Positions 46,100 through 53,988 of a stretch of 64,000 bases of DNA are shown one piece after another. The number at the start of each line of letters is the position of its first letter. Within the stretch, counting starts at the first letter, position 1. Position numbers and translations under genes: made by a program. The notes beneath the pieces were generated by a model. It was not told the origin of the DNA, ran no database searches, and worked only from the letters and a program-made list of their open reading frames with translations. Source of the stretch: Clostridia bacterium (lineage in GTDB: Bacteria > Bacillota > Clostridia > Oscillospirales > CAG-272); contig JAFTYG010000008.1 in the NCBI GenBank assembly GCA_017461365.1, forward strand, positions 81,908-145,907. The letters run 5' to 3'.

Positions 46100-46138
46100 G
46101 GGGATGCCGCATCTGCGCGGCATCCCCGTATGCTTTTT
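46100..46138 (+). terminator. Terminator-like hairpin inside the sepF-yggT interval
   Basis: An 11-bp stem ggggatgccgc/gcggcatcccc is followed within 6 nt by TTTTT. A second hairpin (tcctttgggctc/gagcccccaaggat) plus T7 lies at ~46146-46196. Confidence 0.5.
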
Positions 46139-46212
46139 CAGTCATCCTTTGGGCTCGGACAGAGCCCCCAAGGATAGGGACAGCAGTTTTTTTGCAAGGA
46201 AGGAGATAAATT

Positions 46213-46479
46213 TTGGAAGAGATACTGTATATAATCTCGACGGTAGTTCAGGTCATACTGACCGTTATACAGATCGCTATGCTTTTGCGCGCCATACTTT
46301 CGTGGTTTCCCATAGAGCCGAACGGCTTTACGGAATTCCTGTTCAGCATAACCGAGCCGTTCATATATCCTTTTCGCGCGCTGTTCAACCGTTTGAATTG
46401 GTTTCAGGATATACCTATTGACGTGGCGTTTTCCGCTGCGTATATCGCGCTGTTCATCATAAGCATACTTTTGCCGTAA
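46213..46479 (+). CDS. yggT: YggT-family membrane protein
   Basis: TTG start after AGGAGA. IAMLLRAILSWFP...EPFIYPFR is the YggT hallmark. Length is 88 aa. Confidence 0.8.
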   Translation: MEEILYIISTVVQVILTVIQIAMLLRAILSWFPIEPNGFTEFLFSITEPFIYPFRALFNRLNWFQDIPIDVAFSAAYIALFIISILLP

Positions 46480-46480
46480 G

Positions 46481-47293
46481 ATGGATCTCAGTCGTGATAC
46501 AGAGCTCAGGGCGCTTGCCGCGCGTCTTGACGATCTTGCTTTAAGAGCGGCAAAGGGAGACGTGGGGATTACGCCCTTTCTGTCTCCGCGCGAGCTTCAT
46601 ATGGCGCGTGAATATCTTTCGCGCAATGGGGCGGCATTTGCTTCCTTTGGTGGATACGCGGATGCCGAGAGGCAGAGAGTATATCTTCTGCCCGAATATA
46701 TGGAGGAGATTTCCTCAGATGAGGCGCGCGATGACTTTGAAAATAAAATGTCCGAATACGGATATTCTTTGAATATTTCGCTTCTGAAGATAAGCGGAAG
46801 CGGATACAGACAGCTTACCCACCGCGACTTTTTGGGCTCGGTTTTGGGGCTTGGGATAGAGCGGAGCGTTGTCGGGGACATAGTTGTTCTTGACGGTGGC
46901 AGGGAAGCGGCTGTTTTTTGCGACGGCGCTATATCCGACTTTATTGCGGGTGAGCTTCTTTTTGTGGCTAACGACAAGGTAAAGGTAACGCGAGTGGCGC
47001 TCGGCAGTCTGCTTTTGCCCGAGAAGCGCACGTTGCCTATACACGATACGGTTGCCGCGCCGAGGCTTGACGCGGTGGTGGCGGCTATCTGCTCGCTTTC
47101 GCGTGAGAGGGCGAGGGAGACGGTCGTATCGGGGCTTGTAGAGCTTGACTTTGAAGCCGAGGAACGCCCCGACCGAGCTGTAAATGCGCCTGCTGTTATA
47201 TCGGTACGGGGCTTTGGCAGATACAGAGTTCTTTCTCTCTGCGACAAGACGCGCAAGGGCAGATACAGGCTCGAGGCGGAAAAATACATTTAG
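46481..47293 (+). CDS. ylmH: YlmH-like RNA-binding (S4 domain) protein
   Basis: The position after yggT fits, as does the C-terminal S4-like segment RLDAVVAAICSLSRERARETVVSGLVELD. Confidence 0.8.
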   Translation: MDLSRDTELRALAARLDDLALRAAKGDVGITPFLSPRELHMAREYLSRNGAAFASFGGYADAERQRVYLLPEYMEEISSDEARDDFENKMSEYGYSLNISLLKISGSGYRQLTHRDFLGSVLGLGIERSVVGDIVVLDGGREAAVFCDGAISDFIAGELLFVANDKVKVTRVALGSLLLPEKRTLPIHDTVAAPRLDAVVAAICSLSRERARETVVSGLVELDFEAEERPDRAVNAPAVISVRGFGRYRVLSLCDKTRKGRYRLEAEKYI

Positions 47294-47306
47294 GACGGTT
47301 CTTTTT

Positions 47307-47951
47307 ATGATTTGGACTATTATATGGTTTGCTGTGGCGGCGCTTGCCGTGGCGGTCGATCAGATAACTAAGGTGCTGGCGGTAAAATATCTTGCCGACG
47401 GCTCGGTTACGGTCATTCCGGGTATTCTCAATTTTACATATGTTGAGAACGACGGAATGGCTCTCGGTCTTATGGATGATCAGAGATGGGTATTTATAAC
47501 TCTGTCGACGGTTGCTATTATCGGACTTTCGGTCTATATGATAGGCTGGAAGCCCAAGAGCAAATTTGCCTGCGCGGCGCTCTCACTTATAATCGGCGGC
47601 GGCGTGGGAAATATGATAGACCGCTTTTTTTACGTTGGAATACAGGGGGACACAGTGGGCGAGAAGGTCGTCAGAGACTTTATCGACGTCCGTATGTTCG
47701 GAGAGCTTTGGCCTTGGGTGTTCAACGTGGCTGACGCTTGCGTTTGCGTGGGCGGAGGTATGCTCTTTTTGTGGTGTGTTATATCCATCGTAAAGGAGGC
47801 AAAGGAGGAAAGGGCGGCGAAGCGTGCGGTTAAAGCGACAGCGGAAGGTCTTGCGGACGTGAGCACCGAGGATGCGACAGAAGCCGTGACCGAGGAGAAG
47901 GCCCCCTGTGAGTCTGACAAAGAAAAAGACCAAGAGAAGAATGATGAATAA
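47307..47951 (+). CDS. lspA: Lipoprotein signal peptidase II with an acidic C-terminal tail
   Basis: The start is taken at MIWTIIWFAV. The motifs NDGMALG, GGGVGNMIDR and FNVAD are present. A ~45-aa Glu/Lys/Ala-rich tail follows. Confidence 0.9.
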   Translation: MIWTIIWFAVAALAVAVDQITKVLAVKYLADGSVTVIPGILNFTYVENDGMALGLMDDQRWVFITLSTVAIIGLSVYMIGWKPKSKFACAALSLIIGGGVGNMIDRFFYVGIQGDTVGEKVVRDFIDVRMFGELWPWVFNVADACVCVGGGMLFLWCVISIVKEAKEERAAKRAVKATAEGLADVSTEDATEAVTEEKAPCESDKEKDQEKNDE

Positions 47952-47974
47952 TTGACCTGAACGGAGGTGAGCAT

Positions 47975-48961
47975 ATGTCAGAATATATCGACGCAGAGAT
48001 GCTTGATGAGGGCGGCATAGAGCTCGCCTCTCTTGCGTCAGACGTCGGAAAGCGAGCCGACGCTTTTATAGCCGAGCGGACGGGGCTGACGAGATCGGCG
48101 GTCGTAAGGCTTATAGAAAATCAGAGCATACTTCTTAACGGAAAGCAATTCCCGAAAAATTACAAGCTCAGAGCAGGAGACGTGTTCTCGGTAGATATTC
48201 CCAAGGCGGAGCCCGACGAGGCTGTGCCCGAGGACATTCCGCTTGATATAATTTACGAGGACAGCGACATCATCGTAGTCAATAAGCCAAAGGGAATGGT
48301 GGTGCATCCTGCGGCGGGAAATCCGAGCGGAACTCTTGTAAACGCTCTGCTTTATCACTGCAAGGACAGCCTCTCGGGTATCGGCGGAGTTCTGCGCCCG
48401 GGTATCGTGCACCGAATTGACAAGGACACAGAGGGGCTTCTTGTGGTGGCGAAGAACGACAGCTCGCATCTGTTTCTTGCGGAGCAGATAAAGGAGCATA
48501 AGGTAAGTCGGATATACTACGCCATCGCCACGGGCAACTTCAAGGAGGACAGCGGAACGGTGGACGCTCCGATAGGCAGACATCCCGTTGACCGAAAGAA
48601 AATGGCGGTCATACGCGACGCCGATCGCAAGAGCCGAAGCGCCGTGACGCATTGGAGCGTTATTGAGCGGTTCGGTAGGTACACACTTGTTCGTTGCGAG
48701 CTTGAAACTGGGCGGACACATCAGATAAGAGTGCATATGGCGTATATTGGACATCCGTTGCTTGGCGACGAGGTCTACGGCGGAGGAGGCAGCTCTTTTG
48801 AGGCAAAGCACAAAAAATATATATCGGGGCAGTGTCTCTGCGCCACAGAGCTGAGGCTCACTCATCCGCGGACGGGTGAGGCTATGACCTTTAAGGTTGA
48901 TATGCCAACGGAATTCGTTACGCTTACGGATATTATGCGAAAGGAATATATGGGAGGATAA
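47975..48961 (+). CDS. rluD: RluA-family 23S rRNA pseudouridine synthase (RluD-like)
   Basis: N-terminal S4 domain, catalytic HRIDKDTEGLLVVAKN, and GRTHQIRVHM. Confidence 0.9.
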   Translation: MSEYIDAEMLDEGGIELASLASDVGKRADAFIAERTGLTRSAVVRLIENQSILLNGKQFPKNYKLRAGDVFSVDIPKAEPDEAVPEDIPLDIIYEDSDIIVVNKPKGMVVHPAAGNPSGTLVNALLYHCKDSLSGIGGVLRPGIVHRIDKDTEGLLVVAKNDSSHLFLAEQIKEHKVSRIYYAIATGNFKEDSGTVDAPIGRHPVDRKKMAVIRDADRKSRSAVTHWSVIERFGRYTLVRCELETGRTHQIRVHMAYIGHPLLGDEVYGGGGSSFEAKHKKYISGQCLCATELRLTHPRTGEAMTFKVDMPTEFVTLTDIMRKEYMGG

Positions 48962-48962
48962 A

Positions 48963-49817
48963 ATGGGCGGAAAATTTGACGGTATAGCGATAGTCAGTGA
49001 TATGGACGGCACTTACATAGCAGGCAACGCGGACGGCGACAGACGTAACCGCGAGGCTATAGAATATTTCAAGGCGAACGGCGGACATTTCACCTTTGCT
49101 ACGGGAAGGCCTTTGCCCACGCTTTTGGTTGCCGCTCCCGATGCGGCAGAGATAACAAATCTGCCTGTAATATGCTGTAACGGAGCGTATCTTTATGACC
49201 TGAAGGCGGATAGAGAGATAGCATCGTTTTCGATGGATTACGAGGAAGTGTATGAGCTTCAAAGAAATTTTGCCAAGCTTGAAGCTGGAAAGGAAGAATG
49301 CAAAAATGCGGCAAACGACCACAAGTCGGTATTCTTCAAGCATAAAAAAAATATCGAAGGTGCTATAGACAAATACAGGTGTGAGCACATAAAAGAGGAT
49401 CTTTACGAGATCATGCCCCCCGAAGAATGGAAGGATCACGACATACACAAGGCGATCTTCGTGGGAGACGGCGAAGCGGTAACGAATACGCGTAAGTATC
49501 TTGATCCGCTTTTTGAGGACAGGCTTTGCATTTCGCAAGCGTCTCCGAATTATTATGAATTCAACGCGAACGGAGTGAGCAAGGCGTCGAGTATTCAAAA
49601 GATGTTGAAGCTCATTTTTGGCGATAGAAAAATGACGCTTTGCGTGGCGGGAGATTTTGACAATGACCTTGAAATGCTTAAAAGCGCGGACAGAGCCTAT
49701 TGTCCCGAGAATGCGAACGACAGGGTAAAGGCTGTGTGTCACAAGTGCTTTTGCCATTGTAAAAATGGAGTTATCGCGGATATTATCGAGTATCTTGATA
49801 GAGAGCTTGGAGAATAA
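48963..49817 (+). CDS. Cof-type HAD-IIB hydrolase
   Basis: Motif I IVSDMDGTY, TFATGRP, and C-terminal GDFDNDLEML. Confidence 0.8.
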   Translation: MGGKFDGIAIVSDMDGTYIAGNADGDRRNREAIEYFKANGGHFTFATGRPLPTLLVAAPDAAEITNLPVICCNGAYLYDLKADREIASFSMDYEEVYELQRNFAKLEAGKEECKNAANDHKSVFFKHKKNIEGAIDKYRCEHIKEDLYEIMPPEEWKDHDIHKAIFVGDGEAVTNTRKYLDPLFEDRLCISQASPNYYEFNANGVSKASSIQKMLKLIFGDRKMTLCVAGDFDNDLEMLKSADRAYCPENANDRVKAVCHKCFCHCKNGVIADIIEYLDRELGE

Positions 49818-49822
49818 AAAAC

Positions 49823-49864
49823 GGAGCTGTCTCATAAATGCGTGAGATAGCTCCTTGTTTTTTT
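49823..49864 (+). terminator. Intrinsic terminator (GGAGCTGTCTCA hairpin)
   Basis: A 12-bp stem ggagctgtctca/tgagatagctcc with an 8-nt loop, followed by ttgTTTTTTT. Confidence 0.8.
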
Positions 49865-49868
49865 GTTA

Positions 49869-50278
49869 CAAATTGGAATTTGTCGGTAAGTTAAAGTTGT
49901 AGTTTACAGGCTAATACCCGTTTTTCGTAGTAATCCATTCATTATTTTTTTCTAAGGTAAATTTTGCTAACGCAAAAAAGATCCTTCACTGTGTCTCGCA
50001 AGGTAGCGAGACGTTCAGGATGACAGCTAGTGTATGTTTGGCGATGAACCTATGCATAAATCCATACATAAGGTGCCTGTAATGAACTTTGGCATAAACC
50101 TATTTATTTTATCTCAACTAACCTGTCATCACAGAGCATTTTTGCCGTTGCATTTCGCTAACAGCGAAATAGGCGTATCGGAGTAGAGGATCATTGCGAC
50201 GAAGTTGCTTTACTGCACTATCTCCATCGGGAATATATTTACACTTTTCGCCAACGGCGAAAAAGAAACTCTAATTTA
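49869..50278. repeat. Dispersed modular repeat, copy C (~410 bp)
   Basis: Over ~200 bp (aatacccgttttt...taaggtaaattttgctaacgcaaaaaagatccttcactgtgtctcgcaaggtagcgagacgttcaggatgacag...atctcaactaa) it aligns co-linearly with 59290-59510 at an estimated 80-90% identity by eye. The right end carries the ttttcgccaacggcgaaaaag hairpin module. Confidence 0.8.
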
Positions 50279-50295
50279 TATTACTAATACAATAC

Positions 50296-50327
50296 GGGGC
50301 TATCTCACTTGTTAATTCGACAGCCTC
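50296..50327 (-). terminator. Hairpin downstream of the membrane-protein gene
   Basis: ggggctatc ... gacagcctc (imperfect), of the same GGRGCTRTC motif class. Confidence 0.4.
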
Positions 50328-50335
50328 ATATTTAT

Positions 50336-51115
50336 TTAATATTGTATATCCTTCTGCATACTCTCGTTGCGCCTGACCGATTCGACAAATCCGCTTCCCG
50401 TATAGACGGTATATCCGAATTTTTCCATTCCGTTGCCCGTTGCAAGGAGCTCGCCGTCGCGGTCGCTTTCGTACATCTCGCGGCAGACTGGATTTACTAT
50501 TATCGCTCGGACATATTTTTTTCTGTCTGTCTCGGGCAAAGGCTTAAAATTCGTCCTCAGCATTTTTCGCTTCGGCTTGAATTCGAAAATTATCGTAAAC
50601 TTATTATCAAGCGGATAGCTTACCTTTTCAATAGCCTCGGGGGTTTTGAAGGTCAGCGTGGAATTGTATTTATTTACCGTCAGAAAGTGGGCGTAATAGA
50701 CGTATCTTCCCGTTTCCAATATAAAATCGGGCTCGGCATCGCTCCAAGAAAAGGAGCGAAGTGTCTTTCGGCAGAATTTTATGCGGTATTTCTCTGTCTT
50801 GCAGAGCTTTTTGATCTTTCTTATGAGCTTGTATCTCTTTCGCGGTATTTTTGTGAATATCACGGCGAGAACCGAGAAAACGGCGACAAGAAATACGGTC
50901 GCTACGAGCGCGTCGGCGTACATGAGAAGAGAATAGACGGTTGAAAACACCGCGACACCAAGCACTATAAGGACGAATATGACAACGGCGCGGATGGAAT
51001 AAAATACCACTCTGTCAAGTACGGGATGCTCGCGTCTCCATCTGCCGTACGCTCTGTGCAGAGGCACCTGCTCGTTGTCGTATTCGCTTTGCAATCTATC
51101 CTTGAACCACTTCAT
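50336..51115 (-). CDS. Hypothetical membrane protein (2 TM plus ~160-aa basic cytoplasmic domain)
   Basis: The start lies 3 nt after the GH78 stop, so the two are probably co-transcribed. Two hydrophobic helices are present (VVFYSIRAVVIFVLIVLGVAVF; LVATVFLVAVFSVLAVIF). No domain was recognised. The plus-strand ORF 50309..50944 is rejected. Confidence 0.55.
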   Translation of the reverse strand: MKWFKDRLQSEYDNEQVPLHRAYGRWRREHPVLDRVVFYSIRAVVIFVLIVLGVAVFSTVYSLLMYADALVATVFLVAVFSVLAVIFTKIPRKRYKLIRKIKKLCKTEKYRIKFCRKTLRSFSWSDAEPDFILETGRYVYYAHFLTVNKYNSTLTFKTPEAIEKVSYPLDNKFTIIFEFKPKRKMLRTNFKPLPETDRKKYVRAIIVNPVCREMYESDRDGELLATGNGMEKFGYTVYTGSGFVESVRRNESMQKDIQY

Positions 51116-51118
51116 ATC

Positions 51119-53362
51119 TCAAAGCATAACGGCGTAGGTATAGCATCCGCCGCCGATCCTTTCAGTATATCCGTTGGGCAGAGTGACCTCAGCCTCGACT
51201 CCCTCGGGAACAGTAAATTCAAATGCTATTCTGTCCTCTTTATAATACCAATGGCTCTCTATTCTTCCCGATACCGTCTCAATCGCACATTTTGCAAAGC
51301 CGAGGCGCTTGTCGGGTACGGGTGCGAGGGCTATCTTTTTATATCCTACTTCCGTCTGCTTGACTCCGCAGATCGTTTCGTACATCCATTCTGCAACCGA
51401 GCCGTATGCATAGTGGTTAAAGGAGTTCATATCGGTGCTCCAGAAGCTTCCGTCATCCTTGATGCCGTTCCAGTGCTCCCAAACGGTCGTTGCCCCGTGG
51501 TCTACCGAATAGAGCCAAGAGGGATTTTTGTTCTGGAAGAACAGGTCGTAAGACACGTCGTGCCTGCCGCAATCGGAGAGGGCGTGGAGCACATAGGGCG
51601 CTCCGAGGAAGCCCGTTGCCATTCTGCCGTCAAATTCTTTGATCAATTCGCAGAGCTTATCGACGAGAGCTTTTCTCTCCTCGGGCAGACAGAGATTAAA
51701 TCTGAGTATAAGCGTGATAGCCGTCTGTGTTACTCCGCGTCTGACAGAGTCGGCGGAGGATTTCTTTCCTTCGGGCAATATCTCGGTGAGAGGGAATTCG
51801 TCCTTGGGCATTCCGTTTTCCATAAAATATTCGCGGAAGCGTTTTACTATATTCGTGTAGAGCTCGCGGTATTCGGAGACGTCCTCTCCGAGAACCTCTC
51901 CCGCTTTTACGACAAGCTCGGTGGAGTACGCGTAAAACGCGGTGGCAATGAGGTCGTTGGAGGTAGCTCCGACGTAGGAGTCCTCGCCTGCGTCCATTGC
52001 AAGCCAATCGCCGTAGTGGTATCCCGTGAGCCACAGATATTCCTCGTCGCCCGTCGATCTGATATATCCTACCCAGCGCTTCATCATTTCAAAATTGTCC
52101 GAAAGGAAGGACACGTCGCCGTATATCTCGTAGAGCGTCCACGGAACGATGGTGGCTACGTCGCCCCAGCCTGCCGAGATACGCGTTTTATATCCGTGTG
52201 AAAATCTCTCGGGGCAGACGCCTGCAATAGCTCCGTCCTCGCGCTGCTCGGCTCTCATATCTCCGAGCCATTTTTTGAAAAATCTGCGGACGTCGAAGTT
52301 TATTGCGGCGGTGCGGCAGAATACCTGCGCGTCGCCCGTCCATCCGAGGCGTTCGTCTCTTTGCGGACAATCGGTAGGGATGTCGAGGTAGTTGCCCTTC
52401 TGTCCCCAGATTATGTTGTGGTAGAGCTGATTTATTCTGTCGTTTCCGCAGGCAAAGCGCGCTGTGCGTTCCATTTTTGAGTGAACGACGATCGCGCGGA
52501 AGCCGCCGAGATCTACGTTTTCGGAGGGATATTCGTCGAGTCTGACGTAGCGGAAGCCTTGGAATGAAAAGGCGGGCTTGAAGATGTCCGTCTCTCCGCT
52601 GAGCACGAAAATGACGGGCTCTGTTGCCGAGCGGTAGTTTGCGTTATAGAAATTGCCGTCCTTATCGAGAACCTCTCCGAAGGAGAGAGAGATGCGCTCG
52701 CCTCTGTTTCCTTTGATCTTCAGCGAGACGTAGCCCGTCATATTTTGACCGAAGTCTATGACACGCTCACCCTTGGGAGTAATGATGAGAGCCTCAGGGG
52801 AAAGTATCTCGTTTTCGATTATATCGGCGCCTTCCTGCGGAATAAGAGGAAATGCCTTTGCCGAGACGGCGTTTCCAAGGCATTTCTTTTCGGCAGTCAT
52901 ATCTACCGTCTCGCCGTGGTAGATGTCGGCGTGTGTTACCTCGGTGGTGAACACTTGCCATGACTCGTCGGTGATTATGTATTCTGTCGAGCCGTCGTAA
53001 AGGATTATTTCAAGCTCTGCTACAGCCTCGATAGTGTCGCCCCAAAGATTTTTGGATGTCTTGAGCCCATAGTATCCCACAGCCCAACCGGGAGCTACGC
53101 TTATCTCAATCACGTTGTCTTTCGAAAGCATATCGGTGACGTCATAGGTCTGATACTGTACTCGGTGGTCATAGCTTGTGAGTCCGGGTGTCAGGACCTG
53201 AGAGCCTACCTTTTTTCCGTTAATCGCGGCTCTGTATATACCGAGAGAGGATACGCGGAGGGTGGCTTTTGCGATGCTCCGAGCTTCGGAAAAGCCCTTT
53301 TTGAAGGCAAGCGCCGCGCCCTCGACATTTACGGGGCTTTTGATCCAGTTCTGATGTTTCAT
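51119..53362 (-). CDS. Alpha-L-rhamnosidase, glycoside hydrolase family 78
   Basis: The hallmark IPTDCPQRDERLGWTGDAQVF and an N-terminal rhamnosidase domain pattern are present. Length is 747 aa. No signal peptide is visible. Confidence 0.9.
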   Translation of the reverse strand: MKHQNWIKSPVNVEGAALAFKKGFSEARSIAKATLRVSSLGIYRAAINGKKVGSQVLTPGLTSYDHRVQYQTYDVTDMLSKDNVIEISVAPGWAVGYYGLKTSKNLWGDTIEAVAELEIILYDGSTEYIITDESWQVFTTEVTHADIYHGETVDMTAEKKCLGNAVSAKAFPLIPQEGADIIENEILSPEALIITPKGERVIDFGQNMTGYVSLKIKGNRGERISLSFGEVLDKDGNFYNANYRSATEPVIFVLSGETDIFKPAFSFQGFRYVRLDEYPSENVDLGGFRAIVVHSKMERTARFACGNDRINQLYHNIIWGQKGNYLDIPTDCPQRDERLGWTGDAQVFCRTAAINFDVRRFFKKWLGDMRAEQREDGAIAGVCPERFSHGYKTRISAGWGDVATIVPWTLYEIYGDVSFLSDNFEMMKRWVGYIRSTGDEEYLWLTGYHYGDWLAMDAGEDSYVGATSNDLIATAFYAYSTELVVKAGEVLGEDVSEYRELYTNIVKRFREYFMENGMPKDEFPLTEILPEGKKSSADSVRRGVTQTAITLILRFNLCLPEERKALVDKLCELIKEFDGRMATGFLGAPYVLHALSDCGRHDVSYDLFFQNKNPSWLYSVDHGATTVWEHWNGIKDDGSFWSTDMNSFNHYAYGSVAEWMYETICGVKQTEVGYKKIALAPVPDKRLGFAKCAIETVSGRIESHWYYKEDRIAFEFTVPEGVEAEVTLPNGYTERIGGGCYTYAVML

Positions 53363-53407
53363 TTATTCTTTCCTCCGTTGGACAGAATTAAAATATTTGT
53401 TAAGGTA

Positions 53408-53436
53408 ATTATAACAAATGAAATTGCCATTGTCAA
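53408..53436 (-). promoter_or_regulatory. Perfect consensus promoter of the GH78 operon
   Basis: On the minus strand: TTGACA, 17 nt, TATAAT, about 45 nt upstream of the ATG. Confidence 0.6.
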
Positions 53437-53440
53437 TAGA

Positions 53441-53816
53441 AATGGTTAGAAATCCCATGCATAGTTTTCTTTTGCTTGCTTTAAAATTTGAACAGACAAT
53501 CGGTTGAAATATCCATGGAGAGTTTTCTTTTGCTTGCTTTAAAATTTGAACAGACAATCGGTTGAAATATCCATGGAGAGTTTTCTTTTGCTTGCTTTAA
53601 AATTTGAACAGACAATCGGTTGAAATATCCATGCAAAGTTTTCTTTTGCTTTAAATTTTTTAGAGACAATCAGTTGAATACCCCCTGCAGAGTTTTCTTT
53701 TGCTTTAAATTTTTTAGAGACAATCAGTTGAATACCCCCTGCAGAGTTTTCTTTTGCTTTAAATTTTTTACAGAAAATCAGTTGAATTCCCCCTGCAGAG
53801 TTTTCTTTTGCTTACT
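53441..53816. repeat. Tandem repeat array: 3 x 58 bp, then 3 x 54 bp, plus partial flanking units
   Basis: The landmark caatcGgttgaaat recurs at 53501, 53559 and 53617 (period 58). The landmark caatcAgttgaat recurs at 53671, 53725 and 53779 (period 54). Every unit starts agttttcttttgctt. Whole units repeat, so there are no unique spacers. Confidence 0.95.
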
Positions 53817-53877
53817 TTTCTTTTCTAAAAGAAAAGTAAGTTCATAGAAATTTAACAAAAGAAAATATTGGTGTTTC

Positions 53878-53906
53878 TTGAAAAAAAGGGTACATTGTGA
53901 TAGAAT
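53878..53906 (+). promoter_or_regulatory. Promoter of the decarboxylase/carboxyltransferase operon
   Basis: TTGAAA, 17 nt, TAGAAT with a TGn extended -10, about 80 nt upstream of the ATG at 53989. Confidence 0.6.
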
Positions 53907-53988
53907 ATAAGTAAAATTGGGGTAAAGTTTTTTGAACCGTTTACGGGGAGAATTTCTACTCTTAAATGCACAAAACGGAGGCGGATTT

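Noticed and set aside
53441-53816. Possible CRISPR array, suggested by regularly spaced ~55-bp periodicity
   Set aside because: Whole 54/58-bp units repeat head to tail, so there are no unique spacers between short conserved repeats. No cas genes or leader are nearby. This is a tandem (satellite-like) repeat, not CRISPR.
53363-53847. ORFs across the tandem array (53363..53557-, 53481..53669-, 53620..53847+) with internally repetitive peptides
   Set aside because: Their open frames are a by-product of the DNA repeat. None has an RBS. The translations are low-complexity (FFCFKFF...). They also overlap two promoters.
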